A stretch of DNA of 64,000 bases from an uncultured delta proteobacterium (GTDB lineage: Bacteria > Desulfobacterota > Binatia > UBA9968): the NCBI GenBank assembly GCA_963816145.1, contig CAWFJP010000003.1, positions 128,001 through 192,000 on the forward strand. The letters run 5' to 3'. Position numbers and translations under genes: made by a program. The notes under the pieces are model-generated. The model saw only the letters and a list, made by a program, of their open reading frames with translations. It made no database searches and was not told the DNA's origin. Every line of letters begins with the position of its first letter. Positions within the stretch are counted from its first letter, which is position 1. Below are positions 1-12,000 of this stretch, one piece after another.

Positions 1-68
1 GGGTTTAATGAAATCCATATTTATTTGTTAGTGGCGTACACTTATCGAAGCCGGAAAGTTTTTGTCTT

Positions 69-3000
69 ATGCAGATTGAAGACTCGTACCCTCTGACGCC
101 AATACAACACGGCATGCTCGTCCATAGCTTGTCGGCGCCGCAATCGGGTGTTTATATCCAGCAGCTCGTTTCCGTGCTTCGCGAGAAATTGAACCTCAGC
201 GCTTTTCAGCGTGCCTGGGAGCAAGTCTTGCGCCGCCATCCGGCTCTGCGGACAAGCTTTTTCTGGGAAAACACGGAGCAACCCGTCCAACGAGTCCATC
301 GAGATGTCGTCCTTCCCTTGCAAAATTTAGATTGGCGAGATCGCGATCTTGATGATCAAGAAAACCAGTTAGAAAGGTTTCTGCAATCGGACCGGCAGCT
401 CGGCTTTCACCTGGATCAAGCCCCGCTGATGCGATTGACGCTGATTCGCTGCGCTCAAACCGAATACCGATTAATTTGGACTTCTCATCACGGTCTATTC
501 GACGGCCGCTCGCGCGTCTTGCTCCTTAACGAAGTCTTCGCGTTCTACGAAGCCATTTGTCGTGGCGACAACTTAAACTTAAGCAATCCGCCGCCCTATC
601 GGTCGTACATCGACTGGCTTCAGAAACAAAACATTTCCAAAGCGGAGACTTTCTGGCGCACGAGGTTGAAAGACCTCAACGCGGGGCAAAGTCTGGCGGA
701 AAATCATCGCCAAGCAACGCCGCAGCCGGCGCAGAGTTATGGGAAGAAGACCGTCCGGCTTTCCAAAACCGATACACGCGCCCTGCGCTCCATGGTCGGA
801 CGGTACCAGTTGACCCCTAACACCTTGTTACAAGGAGCCTGGTCATTGCTCCTAAGCCGCTACAGCGGCGAGGAAGTCGTCGTCTTCGGCGCAACCCGGG
901 CCGGCCGTCACGCGGCGTTCGAAGGGGCCGATTCCGTCGTTGGACTTCTGATCAACACGGTTCCGGTGCCGGTTCATGTGTCACCGAACAGCAGGCTGCT
1001 GCCATTTTTGCAGTCGCTGCGTTCGCAATGGATTGCCATGCGGGATTATGAGCATACGCCACTGGTCAAAATCCATGAATGGAGCCCGCTTTCCCCGGGT
1101 CAACCATTATTCGACAATCTGCTGGTTTTTGAAAATTACCAGCTCAATGCCTTGATGCGCGAGCAAGGCGAGCAGTGGAAAGCCCGCGATTTTCACCTGC
1201 GCGGAACGACCCATTATCCGTTGACGGTTGCCGGCTATCTAGGACCACATTTATCCCTGGAAATCACCTACGATCACCAGCTTTTTGATGATGAAACCAT
1301 CGAGCGGATGCTGGATCACCTGCGCACTCTGCTTGTGGAAATGATCCACCAACCGAACCGCCAGTTAGTGGACATACCGCTTTTAAGTCCGACCGAGAGA
1401 CATCAGCTGTTATGCGAGTGGAACGAGACCAAGACCGACTATCCGAAAGACGAGTGCATCCATGAGCTGTTTGAAATACAGACCGAGAAAACTCCGGACG
1501 CCATCGCGCTTATCTGCGACAACGAGCAGCTCACTTACCGGGAACTCAATAGTCGCGCCAACCGGCTTGCTCACTTCTTGGACAAACTCGGCGTCGGTCC
1601 CGACATGCTGGTCGGCATCTGCATGGAACGCTCCATAGAAATGATCGTCGGGTTACTGGGCATCCTTAAAGCCGGAGGCGCCTATGTTCCGTTTGATCCT
1701 TGCTATCCCGAAGAGCGGCTGGAGTTCATGCTGGGGGACACGCATGTCCACATTGTTCTGACCGATGTCATTGGGCTAGCGAGCCTGCCCGCCACAAGCG
1801 CCCGCGTCGTCTGTCTGGACCGGGACTGGGAAGCGATAGCGAAGGAGCCGGAAGTCAATTCGAGCAGTAGAAGCACTGCCGACAGTTTGGCCTACGTCAT
1901 TTACACCTCCGGCTCGACAGGTTTACCCAAAGGAGTGGAAGTGCGCCATCGAGGCGTTGTGCGTCTGTTGTTCGGCGTTGATTACGTGCAACTTGACAGA
2001 GCGCAGACTATTGTCCAATTGGCGCCGCTCTCCTTCGACGCGGCGACATTCGAAGTTTGGGGCGCATTACTGCATGGCGGCAAGTGTGTTTTGTTCCCAG
2101 AAAAAGTGCCGAGTCCCGGAGAACTCGAAGAATTACTGAAAAAATATCAGGTCACCACGCTCTGGTTGACGGCGGCACTGTTTAACCTGGTGATCAACGA
2201 AGAGCCACAGGCGTTATCCGGTGTGAAGCAGCTACTGGTCGGCGGCGAAGCGCTCTCCGTGCCACATGTTAGAAAGGGACTCGCCGAGTTACCGGGCACG
2301 GAAATCATCAACGGCTACGGGCCGACGGAAAGCACGACGTTTACCTGCTGCTATAGAATCCCGCGTGAACTTGACGAAGGTTTATCTTCTATTCCGATCG
2401 GCCGGCCGATCGGCAACACGCAGGTTTACATTCTCGATCCCTATCTAAACCCCGTGCCCATCGGTGTAGCTGGAGAGCTTCATGTTGGCGGAGACGGTTT
2501 GGCGCGGGGGTATTTGAACCTTTCTGAACTAACGGCTGAGAAGTTTGTTAAGCATCCGTTCAGCAACGATCCGCACGCACGTTTGTATAAGACGGGAGAT
2601 CGGGCGCGGTATCTGCCCGACGGCAACATCGAGTTTTTAGGCCGCATCGACAATCAAGTCAAACTGCGCGGTTATCGCATTGAGCTGGGCGAGATCGAGA
2701 CGGTGCTCAATCAAAACCCAGCGATTCGCGACGCGGTTGTCACTCTCCGGGAAGACAGTCCCGGAGACAAACGCTTGATCGCTCATGTTGTAACACACCA
2801 ACAGTCGAGTCCGACCAACAACGAGCTGAAGAACTATCTTAGAGAGAAGCTACCCGAATACATGGTGCCGTCGGCTTTTTTATTCTTGGAATCACTACCG
2901 CTAACACCGAATGGCAAAGTAGACAGAAAGGCTCTGCCGGGTCCGGATCACAGCCGGCCCGAGCTCGACGTTGCCTTTGCCATCCCTGCCACTCCGGTGG

Positions 3001-6000
3001 AGGAGATACTCGCTAACATCTGGGCCGAGATTCTCAAGCTCGACACGGTCGGCATCCATGACAACTTTTTTCACCTGGGTGGTCATTCCCTTATCGCCAC
3101 TCAGATCGTCTCACGCATAAATCAATCGTTCCAGATCGATTTCCCGTTGCGCAAATTGTTCGAGTCGCCAACCATTGCAGGCTTGGCCGAGCGCATCGAT
3201 CAATCCCTTGGCCAACAACAGGTACCGACTCTTCTCATCCCTGCCGTCCCACGAGCGAAAGATCCGCCGCTCTCCTTTGCGCAGCAGCGGTTGTGGTTCT
3301 TGGACCAGTACGAGCCGAACAGTTCGGTTTACAACATCCCCAGCGCACTGCGTCTCAAAGGATCATTAGACATCGCGGCCCTGGAGCAAAGTCTTAACGA
3401 GATCGTGCGGCGCCATGAATCGCTGCGGACGACCTTTGCGGCGGTTGACGGCGAACCGCTTCAGCTGATCGCGCCGGCACTGAGGATGTCGGTGCCGATA
3501 ACCGATCTGACCCATCATTCCGCAAGCGACCGTGAGCACGAAGCGCAAAGACTGGCGACCGAGCAGGCGCGCGAGCCGTTCGATCTTTCCCAAGGCCCGC
3601 TGCTCAGAGTCCTGCTGCTTTGTCTCGGCCAAGACGATCACGTTTTGGTTTTATCGATGCATCATATCGTATCGGACGGCTGGTCGAGGGGGGTGTTTTA
3701 CCACGAGTTGTCCATGCTCTACCAAGCCTACACCCAGGGCAACCCCTCGCCGCTTTCCGAGTTGCCGATTCAATACGCTGATTTTGCCGTCTGGCAGCGC
3801 CAGTGGCTGCAAGGAGAGGTGTTAGAGGACCAGCTATCCTACTGGAAAAAACAACTTGCCGGGGCCCCGGCTTTGCTCCAACTTCCCACCGATCGGCCGC
3901 GACCGGCAGTGCAGAGTTATCGCGGCGCGGTCCAATCGATAGAACTGTCCCAAGAGCTGGCCCAGGGACTCCAAGCGCTCAGCGCTCGACAAGGGGTGAC
4001 CTTGTTCATGACTCTGTTAGCGGTCTTCCAAACCCTGCTTTACCGCTACACAGGACAAAACGATATCGTTGTCGGCTCGCCGATCGCCAACCGCAACCGG
4101 GCTGAGATCGAGGGGCTGATCGGGTTTTTTGTCAACACCCTGGTCATGCGCACCGATCTCAGCGGTAATCCGACATTCAAAGAGTTGTTGACCCGAGTTC
4201 GCGAGACCGCTCTCGGCGCCTACACGCATCAAGACCTGCCCTTTGAAAAGCTCGTCGAAGAACTCCACCCCCAACGCAGCCTCAGCCAATCGCCGCTGGT
4301 TCAGGTGCTGTTTGTTATGCAAAATACGCCCGACATAGCCGCTACACTTGACGGACTCCGGGTCGTTGCGATGCCGATCGACGCAGAGACCGCAAAGTTT
4401 GATTTGACCTTCAGTTTGGCTGAATCCTCGGAGGGACTCAAAGGTTTTTGGAAATACAGTACGGAGCTGTTTGATAAGACGACGATCGACACAATGATCG
4501 GTCATTTTCACGTCCTGCTCCAGGCGATTGCAGCGGATCCGGATCGACGCATCGGCGAATTGCTCCTGCTGAGCGAGGAAGAGCGGCGGCGTCTCTTGGT
4601 GGAATGGAACGACACCGCGCGAGACTATCCTAAAGATAAGTGTATTCATAAACTCTTCGAGGAGCAGGCCGAACGATCACCGGATGCCATCGCCGTTGTC
4701 TTTGAAGATCAACGGCTGACGTACGAGCAGCTTAACCGCCAAGCCAACCAGTTGGCGCGGCACCTGATGGATTTGGGGGTGGGACCGGAAGTTTTAGTGG
4801 GCATCTACCTGGAGCGATCCCAAGAGATGGCGATCGCGCTCCTGGGCGTACTCAAAGCGGGCGGCGCCTACGTGCCGCTTGATCCGAGCTACCCCAATGA
4901 TCGCCTGGCCGTCATGTTGGAAGATTCTCACTTGGCCGTGGTGCTGACTGACAAGAAGTATTCGGGCCGATTCGGCCACGCCGCGATGGTGTGTTTGGAG
5001 CGGGACCGGGCAAAAATTGCCAGAAGGAATGATACCAATTTCGAAGCCAAAGTCTCGGCAAAAAATCTTGCTTACGTGGTCTACACTTCGGGTTCTACGG
5101 GGAAGCCCAAAGGCGTGGCCGTGGAACACCAGTCGCTGGTGAACTACACCTGGGAGATCGTGCGGCGATTGAAGCCGGCTTCCAACAACAGTTTCGCGAT
5201 GGTTCAACCTCTTACGGTGGACTCTTGCATCACCATGATATTTCCCTCGCTCATAAGTGGCAGCGTGCTCCATGTAGTGTCCAGGGAAAGAGCTCTAAGC
5301 GCTGACGAACTGGGCGACTACTTACAACGCGAATCTATCGACTTTCTCAAGATAGCTCCCTCGCACCTAGGCGCTTTGCAACAGGCCGGTTCCCCACCGC
5401 AGCTGATGCCGCGCCGCTGTCTCATCATCGGCGGCGAGGGTTCGCGATGGGAGTGGGCGCGATCGTTGCAGACACTAGCTCCGAACTGCACCGTTCTCAA
5501 CCATTACGGCCCGACGGAGACGACGGTGGGGGTGCTGATATATCCGATGCGCCCGGCAGATTCGAACCAAGAACATCCGCTCGGCACGCCGCTGGGGCGC
5601 CCGATCGCCAACACGCAGGCTTACGTATTGGATGGCAGTTTGCGGCCGGTTCCCGTTGGGGTGACCGGCGAGTTGTACATCGGTGGCGACAGTTTGGCGC
5701 GCGGCTATCTCAATCAGCCAAAGCTGACTCGGGAAAGATTTATTGCTGATCCATTCAGTGAAGATCCGGCCGCGCGGCTGTATAAGACCGGTGATGTTGT
5801 GCGCTACCTTTCGGACGGCAATATCGAATTTCTCGGACGCATCGACGATCAGATTAAGATTCGCGGCTTTCGCGTCGAGCCGGCCGAGGTCGAGGCCGTG
5901 TTGCTAAAGCATCCGCAAGTCGCACAGGCGGTGGTCGCGCCAGGGGATACGACCGAGGCTCAAACCTTGATCGCTTACGTGGTTCCCGCGGCGGATCGAC

Positions 6001-9000
6001 AACCGAGTCTTTCCGACTTACGCGACTTTGTGAAAACCAAGTTGCCAGAGTATATGGTTCCGTCGAACTTTCTGTTGTTGGATGCTTTGCCACGCACCGC
6101 GCATGGCAAGGTCGATCGAAAGTCGCTGCCGCCCCTGGATCGGAGCCGGAGGGCGCCGGAAGCAAGCGATGTAGTCCGCCGGAAAGCCACAGAAGAGTTG
6201 CTGGCAAGCATCTGGACCGAGCTGCTCAACCTAGACGAGGTCGGCATCCAGGATAACTTCTTTGACTTGGGAGGCCATTCGCTTTTGGCCATGCAGCTTA
6301 TTTCTCGGATTCGCGATGTTTTTCGGATCGAACTTTCTCTACGCAGTTTGTTCGAGGCCCCAACGGTCGTCGGACTAGCCAGGCGCATCGAATTGGCAAA
6401 ACAACAAAGCTCGATGTTTAAAGCTTTGCCGATAACGCCCGAGGCTATCGATAATCATTGTCCTCTATCCTTTTCTCAGGAACGGTTTTGGTTCTTCGAA
6501 CAATTGGCGCCCAACAACTCAGCCAACCATTTGACCCATGGATTTCGCCTCACCGGTCCTTTGAATATCGAGGCTCTGGAGCGATCTTTCGCAGAAATCG
6601 TGCGCAGGCATGAGACCCTACGCACGACGTTTCAGCTGAGAAACGGCAAGCCGGTACAGACAATCGCGGGGCATTGGTCCTTCCGGATATCGATTGCAGA
6701 TTTATCAAAGGAACCGCCCGACGATTTGGACAGGGAAATTCAACGACTTTTTGAAGCTGAGCAGAGGCAAGGTTTCGATCTAACGGCGGATCTCATGCTG
6801 CGGGCCACACTGCTGCGACTGAGCCTCAATGATCATGTGCTGTTTTTTAGCAGACATCACATTGCCTGGGATCACTGGTGCCTTGAGCTGTTTTACCGGG
6901 AACTTTCCAATCTGTATCGCGCTTTCTCTAACGGCAAACCATCTCCGCTTCCGCAGCTGCCAATTCAATACAGACACCATGCGCTATGGCAACGAAAGGC
7001 CTTTGAGGAAGGCGAGTTCGAGCGTCATCTGGTTTATTGGAGGCGGCAATTGAGCGGGACGCCGCCCGGTTTGAATTTGCCGCACGACTATCCACGAAAG
7101 CCGCTGGGAAAACGCCGCGGCAGCCGGAAACGCCTGGTTCTGCCTAAATCCCTATCTGGAGGGCTGAGGGCACTTAGCCGCGAGCGCGGTGTGACGTTGT
7201 TTATGACCTTCCTGGCAGCTTTTCAGACACTACTTCACAGATTGACAGGTGAGAATGACATCGTGGTCGGAACTCCGGTTGCGGGAAGAGACCGCTCCGA
7301 GATCGAAGGCCTTATCGGTTTGTTTTTAAATACCCTCGCCCTTCGCACCGATTTTTCAGACGATCCAAACTTCCTCGAGCTTTTGCGGAGGGTTCGCGAG
7401 GTTGCGCTTGGAGCCTATGATCACCAAGAACTCCCGTTTGAGAAATTAATAGAAGAACTGCAACCGCAACGAGATCTGACCCAAACGCCGATTTTCCAGC
7501 TGTTCATCAACATGTACAACTTCAATGAAGCCGGCGTCGAGCTTGACCGGTTGACTGTAACGCCGATGAGACCGGTTGAACAAGGGCCACAGTTCGATAT
7601 CGAGTTTTTCGTTAGGGAACATGACGATGGCACGCATTGCATCTTTCTCTACGACCTAGATCTGTTCGACGCCGCCACGATCGATCGGATGCTGGGGCAT
7701 TTTCAGATTCTGCTCGAGGGGATTGTGAGGGATCCCGATCGGCGCGTTAGCGAATTGCCTTTGCTCACAGACGCCGAGAAGCAGCAACTGTTGATTGAGT
7801 GGAACGACCCCAGGGTCAACTACCCAAAGAACCAGTGCATCCACCAGTTGTTTGAACAACAGGTCGAGAAGACTCCAGACACCGTCGCGATAGTCTTTGA
7901 CGACCAGCAAGTCACTTACGGGGAAGTTAACAACCGTGCCAACCAGCTGGCGCACTACTTACATAATCTCGGCGTCGGCCCTGAAGTGCTGGTTGGCATC
8001 TGTGTGGAACGTTCTTTTGAGATGATCGTCGGGATTTTAGCGATCCTCAAAGCCGGGGGCGCCTATGTGCCACTGGATCCGTCTTATCCTAAGGAGCGAC
8101 TGGCCTTTATCCTCGAGGATAGCCGGGCAGCGGTGCTGATCAGCCAAAGCTCGCTGATCGCGGGACTGCCGGTTCACAACGCAACGGTTCTTTGTTTGGA
8201 TCAAGACTGGGGAGAAATTTCGACCCAGAGCCAAGACAATCCGCCGCCTTTAACCACCCCCGACAATCTCGCCTATGTCATTTACACTTCCGGATCGACC
8301 GGAACACCTAAAGGGGCGCTGATCCCCCATCATAATGTCGTGCGACTCTTTCGCGCCACCGACTCCTGGTTTCACTTTGGCCCGGATGATGTCTGGACGC
8401 TGTTTCATTCCTATGCCTTTGACTTCTCCGTCTGGGAGCTTTGGGGTGCCCTTGTTCATGGTGGACGGCTGGTCATCGTGCCCTTTGACGTGAGTCGATC
8501 GCCGCGGGAGTTCTACGAGCTGTTATGCCGGGAGCAAGTCACGGTTCTCAACCAGACCCCCTCGGCGTTCCGACAGCTCGTGCAAGCGGAAGAGTCCATT
8601 ACCGACACTAGCCGGCTCGGACTTCGTCTGGTGATTTTCGGCGGTGAAGCGCTGGACTTTCAGAGTCTCAGGCCATGGTTCGAGCGCCATGGCGATCAAA
8701 GGCCCCGGCTCATCAACATGTACGGGATCACGGAGACCACCGTCCATGTGACCTACCGGGAGATCAAGGAAGCGGACCTGAGTGTCGGCGGGTCTAGCCT
8801 GATCGGTGCGCCGATCCCGGACCTGGAACTTTACGTTCTCGATTCCCATCGCAACCTGGTACCGATCGGCTTACCCGGAGAGCTTTATGTCGGCGGGGCC
8901 GGTCTAGCCAGGGGGTATCTGAATCGGAGCGGGCTCACCGCGGAGCGATTTGTCGGTCATCCTTTCGATGATGGTGAAGGGCGAAGGCTGTATCGGTCCG

Positions 9001-12000
9001 GGGATCTTGTTCGGCGGCGCGCCGACGGGGACATCGAGTACTTGGGCCGCATCGACAACCAGGTCAAGATCCGCGGCCATCGCATCGAATTGGGTGAAAT
9101 CGAAACTGTGATCGCCCAACATCCTGAGGTGCGCGAGAGCGTGGTCTTGGCCCGCGAGGATGTAGCAGGGGATAAGCGATTAGTGGCTTACCTCGTAGCG
9201 CGGCAGGACCTCAGTCCCGGCAACGCGGAGCTTCGCAAATTTATCAAGCAGCGACTGCCTGAATACATGATCCCCTCCGCTTTGGTGCTGCTGGATGAAT
9301 TGCCATTGACAGCAAATGGCAAAGTCGACCGCAAGGCCCTGCCGGCACCGGAGCAAGTCAGATCGAACTCAGGAGCGATCTATAGCGCGCCTCGGACTCC
9401 AGCGGAAGAATTGCTCGCCGGTATCTGGGCCGAGATTCTCAAGCTCGACAAGGTCGGCATCCATGACAACTTTTTCCACCTGGGTGGCCATTCCCTGATA
9501 GCCACTCAGGTCGTCTCGCGCATCAATAAAGCGTTCCAGATCGATTTCCCTTTGCGCCGATTGTTCGAATCGCCAACCATTGCCAGCCTCGCCGACTCGG
9601 TCCAGGCTAGTATGGAAATCGAGAAAGACTCACGCACAGTTCGATCCATCGTGCCGGTTCCGCGCAGCAACCACACCCCGCTCTCTTTCGCTCAAGAGCG
9701 TTTATGGTTCTTGGACCGTCTCGATTCCGGTCGCCCAACCTATAACATCCCGGCAGCGTTCCGCTTGGCCGGCGATCTCAACCTCAACGCTCTGGAACAA
9801 AGCCTCAATGAACTCGTGCGCCGCCACGAAGCTCTGCGCACGGTCTTTGCCACCGTCAATGGCAATCCAGTGCAAAAGATCTTGCGGTCGTTGGTTTTTT
9901 CGCTGACTCCCATCGACCTGAGCGAGCTTCCAGAACACGAACGCGAACCGGCTCTACAATCCTTGCTCAAAGAAGAAGCCGAGCGGCCCTTCGATCTTAG
10001 CCGTGGGCCGCTGATACGGTCTCGGCTTTGGCGTTTCGCCCCGCACGACCACGTGCTCGCCTTGAACATGCACCAAATCGTTTCCGACGGTTGGTCCATG
10101 GGCGTGCTCTACCGCGAGCTCTCGGCACTTTATCGAGCCTGCTGCGCGGGAGTGCGTAATCCCCTGCCCGAGCTCCCGATCCAATACGCGGATTATGCCC
10201 TCTGGCAGCGCGATTGTTTCCAAGGCGAAAAACTCGACGAGCAAGTTTGCTACTGGAGAAAGCAACTCGACGGTCTTTCGACCCTACAGCTCCGCACCGA
10301 TCATGCCCGTCCGGCCATGCAAACTTACCGGGGATCGAGCCAATCCATAGAGCTTTCGCCGCAACTTTCCCAGGCGCTTAAGGGCCTGAGCCAGCGCGAC
10401 GGCGTAACCCTGTTCATGACCCTGCTGGCGGCCTTTCAAACCTTGCTCTGCCGCCACTGCGGCCAGCAAGATATTGCCGTGGGCACTCCCATCGCTGGCC
10501 GTGCCCGTCAGGAGAGCGAGGGACTGATCGGTTTTTTCGTCAACACCCTGGTCCTGCGCGCCGATCTTTCCAACAACCCGACCTTCAAGGAACTACTGGG
10601 GCAAGTCCGCGAAACGACTCTGGAAGCCCATACTCATCAAGACCTGCCGTTTGAGAAGCTCGTCGAGGAACTCCATCCTGAGCGCAACCCCAGCATCTCG
10701 CCATTGTTCCAGGTCTTTTTCGAACTCCAGAACGCCGGCGATCCCTCCTTGGACCTTGGAGGACTCAGCGCGATTCCGATTCACACCTCTAGCAGCACCG
10801 CAAAGTTTGACCTCTCGCTTACCCTAACCGATCGGCAGGGTGATCTACGAGCCTCGCTCAACTACAATACCGATCTATTCGATGCCTCCACGATTGCGCG
10901 TATGCTCGCTCATTTTCAGACGTTGCTCGAAGGCATCGTCGCTAACCCGGACCAACGGGTCAGCGAACTGCCGATTTTGACCGAAGCCGAAAAGCACCAA
11001 CTGTTAGTCGAGTGGAACAACACCCAGTCCGATTACCCCAAAGACATATGCATTCACCAGATGTTTGAGGAGCAGGTGGAGAAATCTCCTGATGCAATCG
11101 CTGTGGTCTTCAAAGACCAGCAGCTCACCTACCGGGAACTCAATTGCCGCACGAACCAACTCGCGCGTTACTTACAAAAGCTCGGCGTCGGACCCGATGT
11201 GCTCGTCGGCATCTACGTTGAACGGTCCATAGAAATGATCGTCGGGGTGCTAGGGATTCTCAAAGCAGGCGGCGCCTACCTGCCAATCGACCCCGACTAT
11301 CCACGCGAACGGATTGAATTCATGCTTGAAGATAGCCGTGCTGCTTTTTTGTTGACTCAAGCGCAGATCGATGTACTCGAGCCAACCTTTGCCGGCGTTC
11401 GCATTGCTATTGACCAGGACTGGCAAGAGATCGCGCGTGAGAGCATAACCAATGTCGGCCAACAACTTGACCCTAAAAACCTCGCCTATGTGATCTACAC
11501 CTCGGGTTCAACCGGAAAACCCAAGGGAGTCATGATTCAACATAGCAGTGTGGTTAATTTGCTGGCTTCGATGGCGCGCCAACCCGGCTTGAGCGAAACG
11601 GACATCCTACTTGCGGTCACTACGTTCTCCTTCGATATCGCCGGACTGGAAATGTACTTGCCGCTAACCGTAGGCGCGCGCATAGTAGTGGCGCGCCGAG
11701 ATGTCGCCACCGATGCTTTGAGACTGGCACAGCTATTGTCAGACTGTGGCGCGACGGCAATGCAGGCAACCCCCGCAACTTGGCGCATGCTTTTGGCAGG
11801 TGGTTGGCAAGGCAGTCGAGAATTGAAAATCCTCTGCGGCGGTGAAGCGCTTGCTGACGACTTGGCCATGCAGCTCGTGCAACGCTGCGCTTCGCTCTGG
11901 AATATGTATGGTCCCACGGAAACTACCATCTATTCGGCCATCCAGAGAGTGGCGACGAATGTCAGCAGAGTTACTTTGGGGCGGCCCATCGCCAATACCC

